DNA from: Eledone cirrhosa
Lineage: Eukaryota
Assembly (NCBI GenBank): GCA_964016885.1
Contig: OZ024751.1
Span: forward strand, 5,208,001 to 5,272,000
DNA: 64,000 nucleotides
Direction: 5' to 3'
In this document: positions 1 to 13,592 of the stretch, one piece after another
Layout: each line of letters opens with the position of its first letter
How positions within the stretch are numbered: the stretch's first letter is position 1
Program-made: the position numbers and the translations under genes
Notes under the pieces: model-generated
What the model saw: the letters and a program-made list of their open reading frames with translations, nothing else
Told to the model about the DNA's origin: nothing
Database searches by the model: none

Positions 1-1044
1 ATGACCAAGGTATTTGCGCTCACCCTGAAATGGGCAGAGTGCAAACTGTCTTTGAAAGGTCGAGCGGAGGTGGCGAACACTTTCATAGCGTCCGTCATCT
101 ACTACCGCTTGACTGTCGTGCCTTGTCCCCGTGAATACCTCACCAAGATGGAACGCATGCTCTTCCAGTTCCTGTGGAAGAAGCAGGATCCACTGGTGAG
201 GAGATCCGTCTGCTGTAAACACCCTTCCAACGGAGGGCTGGGCATGCTGTGGCTAATGATGCGCAAACATGCACTGAGACTACGGCATCTTCAGGTATTC
301 CTCACCGACTAACCGGTGTGGGCACTGTTTTTGAGACAAGCCTTCCCACAACTTGTCTCGCTGACGGAGCTGCAGTCCTGGATCAAGCGAAGACCGAAGA
401 AGATGGGCGCCTGGCATATTGATTGCGCCCAGGCGCTCACAGTCCTCTGTCAAGCGGGCACAGCAATCAGTGGAGACTCTACTTCGACATGCTATAGAGG
501 GTTAGTACTTTACAAGTGCGACGACGTGTTCGGGGAGACTCTAGGCGTCGAAGACGACGAGCTCACCAGTCTTTTCGGTAGGACTTTCCACGCGGGACCT
601 ATGGACAACTTCCAGAGGTCCCTGACCTGGCAGTGCTACCGAGGAGCTCTACCCGTTCGAGATAAAATCTACAGGCACGAAAGCCCCGGCAGGGACCCTT
701 CCAAGAGGACGTGTCCAAGATGCGGGCAGGACATTGAAACGGTCTTGCACGCAATTGTACACTGCCCATGTGATTGGGTCTTCTCTGTTTATAAGCCTGT
801 AGGTTAAAGAAGAGAGCAAAAGGAAGAAAGGAGCACTTGCACAACATGCTCCTGAAGTTGAGGGTTGTTCTATCGACGGGGTATTAAACAACCCATTTGT
901 GGCGTCTCCCCACTTTTGGGGATTTCGATTGTTATAATTGTTTGTTTGTTTTATATTTTTTTTTAACAAGACTGTATGTAAAATCCCCGGCATGTGTCTT
1001 TATATTGTCCCATTTTCTTGTGCGCCCTTGTGGCAAATAAAGAA

Positions 1045-1045
<1 letters not shown>
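1..1045 (+). mobile_element. Tx1/L1-clade non-LTR retrotransposon, decayed 3' end (ORF2 RT C-terminus, zf-RVT/CCHC knuckle, 3' UTR)
   Basis: ORFs 1..312 and 316..807 in one frame split by TAA; LSLKGRAEVANT, FLWK...GGLG and CPRCGQDIETVLHAIVHC motifs; ends AATAAAGAAA followed directly by (TCTA)n. Confidence 0.9.
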
Positions 1046-1128
<83 letters not shown>

Positions 1129-1134
1129 ATCTAT
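1046..1134 (+). repeat. (TCTA)n microsatellite at Tx1 3' end
   Basis: direct read. Confidence 0.95.
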
Positions 1135-1312
1135 ATAATACTAAAAGTCTTGCTTGCTTGTCTGTAATGTAATACAGCCAAAAGGGCGCATAATGGGAAA
1201 ATATTTTGAAAGGAAGTTGCCCCTGAAATGGGAATACAAATGGAATAAAACAAGTTTTGCGTAAATCGGACCACGGGTTACCGTGATATGGGGTTTTTCC
1301 GGATACCTTCAT

Positions 1313-1313
<1 letters not shown>

Positions 1314-1385
<72 letters not shown>

Positions 1386-1820
1386 GAGAGAGAATGGAAG
1401 AGACAGAGCTGGTGATGTTGCTGTGTATATGTGAGTGTAATGGATATATACATGTGTGTGTATGTGTGTGTATGACCAGTGTATATAGATCACAGACACC
1501 CACACACACATATATATATACACACACACATACATATATATTTATATATATACACACATTTATATATATATACACACACGTACATATATATTTATGTATA
1601 CACACACACATTTATATATATACATACACATATATATATATATACACACACACATACATATATATTTATGTATAGACACACACACACATTTATATATATA
1701 CATACACGCACATATATATATATATATACACACACACATACATATATATTTATGTATACACACACACACATTTATATATATACATATACACATATATATA
1801 TATATATACACACACACACA
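1314..1820. repeat. (AG)n tract followed by compound (TA)/(CA) microsatellite; similar block at 2478-2874
   Basis: direct read. Confidence 0.9.
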
Positions 1821-2471
1821 TGAAATAGGGGTATGGTTATGGCCCAATTGGTGTTCAAACCAGGATCAAATGATCCCCCCGGTCTGACGACGACCTCTGA
1901 ATGTGGAACCCAGAGCCTATGAATGTAGAACTCGATTTTTTACCAATAAAAATTTTGCCACTAATATTATTGTAATATTTTTTATTTCTTGTCCAATTCT
2001 TTAAAGTTTTATCTTAGTTTCTTGTCCTATTCTTTTAAAGTTTTATCTTAGTTTCTTGTCCTATTCTTTTAAAGTTTTATCTTAGTTTCTTGTCCTATTC
2101 TTTTAAAGTTTTATCTTAGTTTCTTGTCCTGTATTTTTAAAGGTTTATATTCCAACAATATTACTTTTTTTTGCTGTACACATTTTTCTATCTGGTATAT
2201 AATTACGGTATGTACACATTTCTTCTAAGTTTGAATTTACACCTAATTGTGTATGGTTGACGGTATATTTAGTCAGTTTCCACATGCTGTTGAAATGTTG
2301 GATAAATACTCTATTGGGACCACGCGAAGAGGCCGCTTTCGGTTATTTGTCGAACATTTCTTCATAGGAGCCTTTATTCTTATAGCTTGGTCTAATTGAT
2401 TTTTATATGGTTAATTATGCTAATTGGAAGAAGAAATGGTATATATTTTATCTAGTGATTCTAAGGACATG
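1821..2471 (+). mobile_element. Diverged fragment of the ~688-bp hammerhead repeat family, with internal 34-bp tandem repeat (1985-2142)
   Basis: 2220-2470 is a reverse-complement homologue of 14443-14700; degenerate CTGACGA core at 1884. Confidence 0.6.
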
Positions 2472-2491
2472 ATTTATGATACACACATATA

Positions 2492-2524
<33 letters not shown>

Positions 2525-2635
2525 TTATGTATACACACACACACATTTATATATATATACACACACACATACATATATATTTATGTATACACACACACGC
2601 ATTTATATATATACATACACACATATATATATACA

Positions 2636-2668
<33 letters not shown>

Positions 2669-2787
2669 TTATGTATACACACACACACATTTATATATAT
2701 ACATACACATATATATATATACACACACACATACATATATATTTATGTATACACACACATATTTATATATATACATACACATATATA

Positions 2788-2820
<33 letters not shown>

Positions 2821-3045
2821 TTATGTATACACACACACACGTTTATATATATACATACACACACGTATATATATGGTTCTTTCAGTTTCATTTCACATTA
2901 TATACATGTCTGAGTATATTTTAATTATTTAAAAAATTTTATGTGAACATGATTTGTATAAAATCATGTTCACATAATTTTATATATAATACTAGACCAC
3001 CCGTGACCTAACGGGTCACGGGTGGTTTAGTATTATATATATAGT

Positions 3046-3236
3046 GGCGGTGGATTGGCAGTATTGGTAGAGGGTCGGGCGTCATGCTTTCTAACATAGA
3101 GTTACCTCCCTTTATGATCTAAGTTCAAATCCCGCCGAGGTTAATTTGCCTTTCATCCTTGCGGGGTCGATAAAATAAAGTACCGGTAATGCACTGGGAT
3201 AATTGCTGGCCTTGTGCCAAAAGTAGGAACAATTAT
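3046..3236 (+). mobile_element. tRNA-derived SINE (octopus OK-like)
   Basis: A-box TGGCAGTATTGG, B-box GTTCAAATCC, central GCCTTTCATCCTT..GGGGTCGATAAAA, tail GGCCTTGTGCCAAAAGTAGGAACAATTAT; ~11 copies in window. Confidence 0.9.
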
Positions 3237-3243
3237 ATATAAA

Positions 3244-3446
3244 TATAGTAAAATAAAACAAATATATATTTATTTATACATAATATATATCATATTATAT
3301 ATTTTATTATGTATAAATTACCGAGTTTATTTATTATATATCATTTACAATTTGCGTGTAGGTAGATCTCTGTGGAAATAGGATTAGGGGCACTGAGAGT
3401 ATTACGTGGTCGTGGGGCGGTGACCCCAAAAGCTTGATAACCTCTG
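3244..3446 (-). mobile_element. hAT-type MITE fragment, same family as 35161-35412
   Basis: CCAAAAGCTTGATAACCTCTG resembles the reverse complement of TIR CAGAGGTTCTCAAAGCTTTTGG. Confidence 0.6.
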
Positions 3447-3502
3447 ATCTACACATTGTTTCAAGACAAGGTACTTTACTGCTATTCTACATGATACAAC
3501 GT

Positions 3503-3582
3503 GAAGGCGCGTGGCTCTGTCGTTAGGTTAATCGGCTTAAATAGTTAGCTTGTGAGTTCAATTCCCCGTGGTGCATTGTGTC
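3503..3582 (+). mobile_element. tRNA-derived SINE head, second family (OR-like)
   Basis: GAAGGCGCGTGGCT...GTGAGTTCAATTCCC; matches minus-strand copy at 37657-37779. Confidence 0.6.
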
Positions 3583-4529
3583 ATGCCTCAGTACCTGATA
3601 CAATACATTTAATTGTAGAAAGGAATAACCATAGGAGATATAGGGGAATATACCTATGTTAGTATCTTCTATCTGTCATTCACCAGATGCTAACCCCGCT
3701 CAGATGTTATATATAGACCTTTTAAATAGTTGACACCCGGTCAGGCACAACCAGAACTAAGGCACATTAAACTGCTAGACATAAAGAAGAATATAAAACC
3801 AAAGCAAGTATGTTATGGCGGAGAGGGAAGGAAGAAAAAAAAAATACACGTTTCAGATGGTTATCCTTTTTCAAGCTAGAGGGAAAGCAGTGAATCTCTA
3901 TCTTTTAGTGTCTGCTGCCTTCTACAATGAGACGTCACAGATTTTACTCCTCGACATCAACTAAAGGCATTCGTAAAGTAATCAAATAACTCAATGTCAC
4001 ATATATTTTTTCTTAAAACACACACACACACATACATGTGCACACACACATGCACACACACATGTATACACACATACACACTGATGTACACACACACATA
4101 TCCCCCTATATATATATGTATGGGGGGGGGGGTATGTGTGTATACGTTGTATATATAAATAGTTAAGCTGTAAAACAGCAACGTTGAAAATTATTCTGCT
4201 CTACCACACGTCTGTATAATTTCTCCAAAATGACTAGTGTTTTTCTATTGGAAATATGTCAAATATATTCATTTGTTATCGAGTTCGATTTTATAGTATC
4301 TATAGTAAAAAACAAAATATAAATTTAAATAAAATTAAAAAATGCAATGTTTATATAAGTAAAAGAAATATCGATTCGTTAAAGTAATGATATGTTTAAA
4401 ATGTCCAAGGAAGGAATATTAATCAGATTATGATGGTATTTTATATGTGAACGAGTTGATTTGTCTGGGAAGAAGCGGAAAATCATTTTGAGTAAAAATC
4501 ATTTTGGTAGTATTTAATATGAATGTATA

Positions 4530-4672
4530 ATGTATGTATGTATGTATGTATGGTTCCGTAACTCCTGATAGAGTGGTAGGGGCGCCGTATTGACATACAG
4601 TGTCTCTTGGGCATTTTAAGCCTGGCGGAGCCCATCCCTCTCCAGGCCTGAGTACAGCATATTTCTTCCAGA
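4530..4672 (-). mobile_element. Short 3' end of an RTE-like retroposon with (CATA)n tail
   Basis: minus strand ends APTTLSGV, like PPTTLSGI of the RTE fragment near 34020, then (CATA)n. Confidence 0.45.
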
Positions 4673-4732
4673 GAAAGATAGAAAGGGAGGGAGAGAGGAA
4701 ATGAGAAATAGATATAGAGGGAGAATCCACCA

Positions 4733-4870
4733 CAGTACTAGACTGGTACTTTTTTTTTTATCAACCTCGAAAGGATGAATGGCAAAGTTTACCTCGGCGG
4801 GATTTGAACTCAGAGAACAGTGAGCCGGAACGAATGCTATAAAGCATTCTATCCGACGTTCTAACGACTC
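4733..4870 (-). mobile_element. Older OK-like SINE
   Basis: AAGGATGAATGGCAAAGTTTACCTCGGCGGGATTTGAAC = reverse complement of core + B-box. Confidence 0.8.
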
Positions 4871-4876
4871 ATGTCC

Positions 4877-4969
4877 CCCCAAAATGTATACACACTTCAA
4901 CAGCATTCTAATAAATATTGCCTGTACAGGTAATCAAAGTGTGTGTAATTCTTTTTGGGACACCCTGTA
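4877..4969. mobile_element. Tc1/mariner-type MITE remnant
   Basis: TTTTGGGACACCCTGTA terminus with partial inverted CCCAAAATGTATACACAC. Confidence 0.45.
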
Positions 4970-4997
4970 TATTTTCATCAAAATCTATACATTGCTA

Positions 4998-5201
4998 CCG
5001 GGGTGTTGAAAAGTTCCTGGATTTGAGTAAAAGAGAATACCGGAGGGTCATTTTATTTAACATATCCCCCTCTCCGATTCACACACTTACTGAAGTAGTC
5101 CTTCAGTTTTTCTAAACCCTGTAAAAAGAACTCGGAATGTTGGGCCTCCAACAAGACCTCTATAGCAGCGATCAAGGCAGGAACGTTTGAGCACCCCCTT
5201 G
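4998..5201. mobile_element. mariner-type MITE with TA TSD
   Basis: imperfect TIRs GGGGTGTTGAAAAGTTCCTG / CAGGAACGTTTGAGCACCCC, flanked by TA. Confidence 0.65.
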
Positions 5202-5237
5202 TATACACATTACTATATTTCATGATAATATAGACTA

Positions 5238-6222
5238 CTAGCAGAATGGCCCGGCGTTGCTCGGGATTTGCTATAGGGTTCTTACATATTTGATATATAT
5301 TTATCCTTATCGAACCTCGTGAAATAAATACGTTTGTTTATATTTTGTTATTGTGTATGCAAAAATATCTGTCCATAAATATATAATTATATATATATAT
5401 ATATATTAAAATAACAGACTAAAGTTTAAGCAAATAATCACTGCTTTCACCCTTAACGGAATATTCTACCTAAAAGCAGTATGAAGTACATACACTAAGA
5501 CTAATTGATGTAATCTTTGGCCTTGTTTGTTTATATTTTGTTTTGTGTATGCAAAAATATCTGTACACGAATATCTATATTAAAATAACATATTAATGTT
5601 TAAGCAAAGAATCGCTGCTTTCAACCTTAACGGGATCTTCTTAAACTAAAAAATCAATCTGGAAAACAGGAAGACGATACTTTGGTTCGTGAAGACGTTC
5701 CCTGGCATAAGAATATATACACACACACACACTGATCGCGTCATAATGACGTAATGCAGACAGTCAGGCATACAGACAGATATTATGAAGGCGCGACGGT
5801 GAATTGGCAGTATCGGTAGAGGGTTGGCCGCCATGCTTTCTAGCATAGTTACGTCCCTTTACGGTTTGAGTTCAAATCCCGCTGAGGTTAACTTTGCCTT
5901 TCATCCTTACGGGGTCGATAAAATAAAGTACCAGTAATGTACTGGATAATTGCTGGCCTTGTGCCTAAAGTAGAAACAATTATGAAGGCGCGACGTCATA
6001 TCTATGTATCTATCTAAAAAGAGAAAGACTAAGAGAAAAAGAAAGAGATCGCTAAATCGCCTAATGCGGTCCCTAGGACATTGAAAATTTGAATTTTTTT
6101 TTGCTCAAAACACTTCCGGTGTCATACGAGTTACATGTATAAAGTTTGAAAAAAACCGGTTGGGTACTTCTCGAGTTTTAGGGAAACAGACACACAGACA
6201 TCCTCTGTTTTATATATAGAGA
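5238..6222 (-). mobile_element. Non-autonomous Helitron
   Basis: minus strand starts TC at 6222, ends CTAG at 5238, subterminal hairpin CCCGAGCAACGCCGGG (5250-5265), inserted between A and T, internal ~190-bp duplication. Confidence 0.8.
5795..5982 (+). mobile_element. OK-like SINE nested in Helitron, 17-bp TSD
   Basis: ATTATGAAGGCGCGACG at 5782-5798 and 5979-5995. Confidence 0.9.
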
Positions 6223-6922
6223 TTATATTTTTGTCAAGAGATAAGAAAGTAGTTTCTAGAATGCCACTTGATTTCCTTAGTAACGTAATCAAATAATCTT
6301 AATCACGGAAAGGCCGGATACTTAGATTAGACCAAATAATCTATGTTTCCTTTGCACTTTCCGTGGCTGAAACTGAAATTATCTGACTGTGTGACTCTTG
6401 GCAGAAGGCAGAAGCGTCACCATTTTTATTTTGACAAGAGGTGGGGTTTGAAAATCGGTAATTTTTCTAGAGTGTCTCCGTTGACTTTTAAAACAAAACG
6501 GAATTATTCGTTTAGTTAACATATTGAGATCCCTAACCCATCCTACTTATTCTATAACGTATGGAATTTGTAGTAATGTAATTGTTGGTTGTGTATGATT
6601 GTTTTTAATGTAAGCTTCCCTAAAAAATAGTTTGTTTACAAAATATATTAGAAGACATTGCTTTTTGTACGTCAATGTCTCGCAAATGCAAGCGTATGCT
6701 GATGATAACAATCCTGAAATACATATATACTTCATTCTTATACCAATACTGAAGAAACTGTAATATGACCACAGTTTAAAATAATTATAGCGAGATTATA
6801 TATCTGTTTATTATTATATCTGTTTACTTGTTACTGAAAATTACAAATACTTCCTGTAGAAGAGAAAAATGTAAAACATGTTCAGAAAACATTAAACTTG
6901 AAATTTATAAATTAAAACAATG

Positions 6923-7018
6923 AACCTCGGCGGGATTTGAACTCAGATCATAAAGGGACGTAACTCTATGCTTCAAAGCATGGTGTCCGACTCTCTACCG
7001 ATACTGCCAATCCACCGC
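6923..7018 (-). mobile_element. OK-like SINE head fragment
   Basis: reverse complement of A/B boxes. Confidence 0.8.
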
Positions 7019-7277
7019 AAAGCTATATATGGGTCTCTATACACCGTAGACAGAAGGTGACACAGATAGGGTAAAGGAAGTAGGGGGGAGGTTGTAATAG
7101 GAATTTACGATAACTCCCTGATAAATACTGCTGCCCCCAGGCGGGGTTGAAAGCAACATAGATCCCAGCAGAATTACACTCGAAATCATAAAACAAACGA
7201 ATGTATGGTTAAGAGATGTCACTCTCTTTATTTCACCCGGATTTCAGTTCTGTTACCATTCCATCGCATAAATAAAA

Positions 7278-7701
<424 letters not shown>

Positions 7702-8640
7702 AAGGTTGACTATGCAGATCGTTAGTTTGTGATCTGAATAGGCAACCATGAACATATGTGGACAGCTTAACATGTCTCTATCCCTATCTCTAATTAGAAA
7801 CCTATCTAAGTACGATCTAGATGTCCCGCTGCGGTTTTCCCACGTCCACAGTGGCGCAGTCGGAAAATCTAGTCGGTATCTATCGGCCAGTTGAAATCGG
7901 CGGATTAACTGTTTGAGGTTGTTACACCCCCTCCATCTGGACATGCTCCCACGTAATCCCAACATGCATCTAGGATTCCAGTCCAGTCCCCCACTAAAAG
8001 CAAGGAGCGGGACGTTCCCAGAAAAGTCTCCAGACGTTTAAAGAAGTCTGGCCGCGATGTTCCGGATGGGGCATACACGGCCACCAGTCTGAAGGCTCCA
8101 GCTTCACTACTGCTAACGTCTAGGACCACCAGTCGACCCTCTGGGTCCAGATGTACCGTCTGTGTTACAAGGTCTAGGTATTTCCGCAGCAAAACGGCAA
8201 CCCCGCCCCACTCCCCGGCTGACAGAGAGATGCGTAGATCTCAAAGTCGTCGAAGATGGGGGCCAGCTGCCGCTCGCTGTGGATCCTGGACTCGCAAATG
8301 ACTGCCATATCCATACTGTGCGACCTGAGGTCGTTTAAGAGTTTGCCCTGTTTCCAGGAGATCCCCAGGCCGCGCACATTCACACATCCAACTCTTATAT
8401 TCGCCATGTTGGTGAGGAAGAGTTAGAAAAGAAGAGGAGAGAATTCACTTACCTCCTCGCTTCCTGAAGACCAAGGGTTGTTTGGTAGGTTGGTGGTTTC
8501 TGGCGAGGTGGGGACAGAGATGTTTGGTGGGGATGTTTAGTGGGGAGGGGGTGTCAGGTGGTGGTGGGGTGACTGGAGTGGGGGTGGATAAACATTTCAA
8601 AAGGACGCGGTTATAGGTTTTCACGCAGGAATTACCCACG
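7702..8640 (-). pseudogene. Tx1/L1-clade fragment: probable ORF1 end plus frameshifted ORF2 AP-endonuclease domain
   Basis: three overlapping ORFs with NVRGL, ICES, VYAP, VGDW, YLDRFLI and SDHK motifs; pyrimidine-rich spacer before ATG at 8407. Confidence 0.9.
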
Positions 8641-8720
8641 CCCTTAGGAAAGTTTTCTTTTAAAGATTTGTATGTGTCGATGGGGACACAATAGATAGGT
8701 ATATATATATATCATAGATA

Positions 8721-8792
8721 TGTTTCTTTTATTTGCCACCAGGGCATCAAAAGTGGGACAAGTACAATGGGGGGAGTTTACAAAACAAGGCG
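8721..8792 (-). mobile_element. ~70-bp 5'-truncated Tx1 3' tail with 17-bp TSD
   Basis: GCCCTGGTGGCAAATAAAAGAAA resembles 1024-1045; TATATATATCATAGATA at 8704-8720 and 8793-8809. Confidence 0.7.
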
Positions 8793-8859
8793 TATATATA
8801 TCATAGATAGACAGACAGACAGACAGATAGATAGATACACACACACACAATATATATAT

Positions 8860-9565
8860 TTATTAAAATAACAGATGAAAGTTTAAGCAAAGAATCGCTG
8901 CTTTCACCCTTAACAGGATCCTCTGAAACTAACTAAGTCAATCTGTGAACGCAGAAGTAAATATTTTGAAAAACGTTGCAACCGGAGGAAGACAGGAAGA
9001 CGATACGTTCGTTGAAACGTTCCCTGGCAAAGAACGGGGAAAAAACGAATATAATACGTCATTATTTGGAGCGGTGAAAAACAATTATACGCAAAGACAA
9101 AACCACGTTTGTGGTATAATAGAAGTCGTACACTAATATTCTAATAGGTGGTTCGTAGAGACGTCTCTGGCAATGAACGGAAAAACGAAGATAATACGTC
9201 ATTATTTGGAGCAGTGAATCAGGGCGGCGGATTGGCAGTATCGGTAGAGGGTCGGACGCCATGCTTTCCAGCATAGTTACGTCCCTTTATGATCTGAGTT
9301 CAAATCCCGCCGAGATTAACTTTGCCTTTCATCCTTACGGGGTCGATAAAATAAAGTACCAGTAATACACTGGGATAATTGCTGGCCTTGTGCCTAAAGT
9401 AGAAATAATTATTTGGAGCAGTGAAAAACAATTACACGCAAATACAAAACCACGTTTATGATATAAAAGAAGTCGTACACTAATATTCTATTAGGTGGTT
9501 CGTAGAGACGTTCTCTGGCAATGAAAGGAAAAACGAAGATAATATGTCATTATTTGGAGCAAAGA
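8860..9565 (-). mobile_element. Internal fragment of the same Helitron family with ~140-bp tandem units
   Basis: 8860-9030 matches 5575-5710; repeated AATACGTCATTATTTGGAGC units. Confidence 0.6.
9223..9411 (+). mobile_element. OK-like SINE with 18-bp TSD
   Basis: ATTATTTGGAGCAGTGAA at 9201-9218 and 9408-9425. Confidence 0.9.
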
Positions 9566-9577
9566 AAAGTATCCCCA

Positions 9578-9620
9578 GTCACTGAAGAGGTCACAGAATG
9601 TGTGACGAAAGAACTTTGAC
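9578..9620 (+). ncRNA. Minimal type I hammerhead ribozyme in a Penelope-type tail (to ~9787)
   Basis: GTCA-CTGAAGA-G-GTCACA/TGTGAC-GAAA-GAAC-TT^TGAC. Confidence 0.7.
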
Positions 9621-10085
9621 AATATATGAACAACCGCCCGGTTGTGGAACCAACCAACCAACCGGAAATTTACAAATTTCTTAAATTTATAAATTTAATT
9701 TATAATTTAATTTATAATAAATTGGAGTGAAAGCAACTGGTGCGTGTGTTTCTTATTGGCAACATGACCCTCCCAAAGTATAACAATATATATATATATA
9801 TATATATCATAGATGCATAGACAGATAGACAGACAGATAGATAGATAGGTACCTATATAAAGAGAAGAGGGTAGAGAACATTAGGGAGAGACCGAGTGAG
9901 GGGAGGAGGTGGCGTTGCTTGAATCTATCGAGAGGGGGAACAACGAGAGACTGTTTCGAAGAGAAAAGTTCAAAGGAAGGAACAAAAAGACCAGAACACA
10001 TAATTAATGCACACATATACACACACATATATTAATATATATATACAAATACACACACATATAAATATATATATACATATATGTA

Positions 10086-10432
10086 GAAGTTATATATTTA
10101 ATTTGTTGGGATACAACAAGCAAATATTTTTATAACTGATATAAAGCACTCAACAAATTTTTGGAGTAAAAATACAATATATTAACAAATGGAAACTATA
10201 TTTAAAAAACCATATTTATTTCTTTATACATATTTCAAGGACACTATCCGGGATCTTCCAACCGACATGGTCGCATTCTTTAAGGGTATGTCAATATTTG
10301 TTTATAAAACTGATCTATATTATATTTTATCTGATGAAAGCGCACCATAATTTGCTTTGGTGTCCTTGAAATATGTATAATGAAATAAATATGGTTTTAT
10401 AAATATAGTTTCCATTTGTTAATATATTGTAT
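10086..10432. mobile_element. Fold-back Penelope-type pLTR element
   Basis: ~70-bp inverted arms 10172-10243 / 10360-10432; homologous to 55855-56544. Confidence 0.75.
10323..10387 (+). ncRNA. Minimal type I hammerhead ribozyme
   Basis: TATTTTAT-CTGATGA-AAGCGCACCA/TGGTGTCCTT-GAAA-TATGTATA^ATGAAATA. Confidence 0.7.
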
Positions 10433-10674
10433 ATACATATATATATATATGTATACATTATATCTACATATATAAACATATACATATGTATATATATATA
10501 AACATATATATATATTAATATATATAATATATATATATGCACATAATATATAAACATGTGTATGTTGGTGTATATATATGTATATGTATATAAATATATA
10601 TATACATATATATGTATATATGTATATATACGTATGTATATATATATACATATATATGCATATGTATATGTATA

Positions 10675-10766
<92 letters not shown>

Positions 10767-11015
10767 ACATATATAATGAAGATAAGAAGAAAAACAAAGA
10801 AGTATAAAGACAAAGGAAAAAATATTAATTCTATTCTAATTCCTTATGGAAAGATCAATGAAAATGTTTTGAATAGTTTTGATAAAAAATGGCAGACGAC
10901 AATGATTTTTCGGCTCTTGTCTGAAGAAGTTTACTATGAATTTATCTTCATTACCATTTCACCGTTCTCTGTATACAACACAAAACTCTCAACTCATTCA
11001 TATAAACACACCATG

Positions 11016-11151
<136 letters not shown>

Positions 11152-11246
11152 AATATATATATATATGAACATGTTATATGATTGAGTTGAAAGTTTTGTG
11201 TTGTAAACAGAGAACGGTGAAATATATATCTATATATATATATATG

Positions 11247-11939
11247 TTCTTCTGGTTTTTTAATTTCACAAATTTTTACCAAAAGAGAGAGTGAGAGTCG
11301 GTTTCTAACATAGACACAAGACTCTCATTGGAATTTAAACAACATCAACTAGGTAGATTATGTATGCATGTAATTATGGATGTTATTGTATGTGTGGATG
11401 TGTATGTTTTCAGTTGTATGTGTGCATGTGTATATGCTTTGTATCTGGACATGTGTATATGCAGTTATTAGCTGCAAAATATTTGGAATGTTTTACATAT
11501 TTTTACTGTTCCATTAATGGATTGTACTTGTAATTTCCGAATTTCTTTCTGTTCATGTGAAGCCTAGCTTCTCAAGATTTGTATTGAGGCAGTTACTAAC
11601 AACCCCAGTGCCCCAATAATCACAGGCATAAATCTGAAGGTGTAATCAGGGTGGAGTATCTGCAGATTTCTCATCAGTTCTGCATAAATATTCTCCTTTT
11701 CGCTAATCTTTGATATTATATTGGCATCTGCTGGGCAGCTAATTTCCACTACTGTGCATGATTTCTTCTCCCTGTCCCATATCATAATATATGGTCTGTT
11801 ATGCCTGCATTTTATTGGGGTTTTTACTGGAACATTCCACCGGTAACTCTTTCATATTATGTACATGGATGTCTTCAACATTGCTGTAGCTTTTAATGTG
11901 TTTATTATCGGGGCTATCTTTTCTACGGATTGCATTGTA
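11247..11939 (-). mobile_element. 5'-truncated R4/Dong copy (RLE domain + 3' UTR)
   Basis: MIWDREKKSCTVVEISCPAD; matches 22977-23689. Confidence 0.9.
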
Positions 11940-12030
11940 TGTATGTATGTATGTATGTATGTATGTATGTATGTATGTATGTATGTATGTATGTATGTAT
12001 GTATGTATGTATGTATGTATGTATGTATGT

Positions 12031-12562
12031 CGGGTCAATCTTGAGTGCTACTGGTAACATGTAACCAGTACAAGCTGTAGCATGGTCTGGTCGTCGGCAA
12101 CTAAACCGGCAACCCCGCCAAGTTTACTTGGTAAGGAGGGTGATTTGGGACACCCTGCAGGACAAAAAACAAAAACTGAGATAGGGCGGAAGAACCCATA
12201 AGAGTCAACGGCCATCCAAAAGTGTGTAAATATGTATATACACATGTACCGCGCGGTTAAACCACTGGGACTGAAGGACCCCTAGCCTTTGTGAGGGTAT
12301 TCTTCAAGGAGAAGGCAACTCAGGAAACTGGGATAGCTCCCATATAAAACCTGCATCTCAGTAGTTACCGATGATGTTGATCTTTTTTTCTTTTCGGGTT
12401 ATAGCTACTGTCACTCAAAGAGTGGGATTGGCTCAGTGCACAGTCTTTCCTCATTTTAAAAATTATCTACACGCACAGGCATTGCACGATAGAATTAATT
12501 AATAATTATTAATAATGGTATATCGTGCAATGACCATACTCGATAACGAGGGCGCAGCCATT
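12031..12562 (+). mobile_element. Non-autonomous retroposon family A (RTE/RTEX-like), 3' stem-loop + (TATG)n tail
   Basis: non-coding, flanked by (TATG)n; 3' half matches 13936-14223 inverted; head homologous to family B. Confidence 0.7.
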
Positions 12563-12633
12563 ATGTATGTATGTATGTATGTATGTATGTATGTATGTAT
12601 GTATGTATGTATGTATGTATGTATGTATGTATG

Positions 12634-13272
12634 CAACATGTATCCCAGTACAACCTGTCTCATATGTCAGGTCACCAGTTGGTGCTACTGGTAACATGTA
12701 TCCCAGTACAACCTGTCTCATGGTCGGGTCGTTGGCGACTAAACTGGCAACCCCACCAAGGTTTCTTGGTGAGGAGGGTGACTTTGGACATCCTGCAGGA
12801 CTAAAAACAAAACCTGTCAAAGGGCAAAGAGCTCTTAAGAGCCAATGGCCATCCAAAATCACCGGGAGAGATGACCCCTTAGCCTTTGTCAAGGCAGAAT
12901 TCTAGGAGAAGGAAAACTCTGATATAACACCTGCAACCCTGATGGTATCCAATGATGTTGACTTGTTCTTCTTTTTGGTAAATATCATCTTGATTAAGAG
13001 AGTGGGACTGGCTTTGTGCAGTGCCTTTGCTCACTATAAAAGCTTCACGGCACAGGCATTGCTTTGTATCTAGAGATCTCTCTGCACTTGTCGTCACATG
13101 GTACCATGGGCCCAGCACTATGTGTCAATAGTTATCACAGTTGTAGTGTTTGTACCAGAGTTTTCAAGTCGCTGGCTGGACTAAAAAGTCACACTCGTTT
13201 AGCGCATCGGTAGGGGTTCTCCTACATGGATATAAAGTAGTGGCCGTACTCGAAAACGAGTTGGCAACCACC
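12634..13272 (+). mobile_element. Non-autonomous retroposon family B (RTE/RTEX-like)
   Basis: copies at 19016-19524 and 30462-30900; GGAGAAGGAAAACTCTGA motif; 29-bp duplication at 5' end; (TATG)n tail. Confidence 0.75.
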
Positions 13273-13338
13273 ATGTATGTATGTATGTATGTATGTATGT
13301 ATGTATGTATGTATGTATGTATGTATGTATGTATGTAT

Positions 13339-13592
13339 GTTCTTCTGGTTTTATAATTTCACAAAGTTTTACCAATAGAGAGAGAGTCGGTTTCTAACAG
13401 ACACAAGACTCTCTCATTGGAATTTACACAACATCAACTAGGTAGATATGTATGTATGCATGCATGTGTAGATATGGATGTTATTGTATGTGTGGATGTG
13501 TATGTTTTGAGTTGCATGTGTGCATGTGTATATGCTTTGCATCTGTACATGTGTATATGCAGTTATTAGATGCAAAATGTTTGGAATGTTTT
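13339..13592 (-). mobile_element. 5'-truncated R4/Dong 3' end
   Basis: reverse complement of ~23428-23689. Confidence 0.9.

Noticed and set aside
3046-3140. tRNA genes suggested by A/B boxes
   Set aside because: No cloverleaf; boxes continue into SINE bodies with TSDs
3845-3876. Minus-strand CTTGAAAAAGGAT..ATCTGAAACGTGTA hammerhead-like motif
   Set aside because: Core mutated and no stem I pairing
12670-12750. HDV-like ribozyme at the family B head (GGTAACATG...CTAA)
   Set aside because: P1/P3 partners not found; TACTGG/CCAGTA forms a simple hairpin instead; copies may be 5'-truncated
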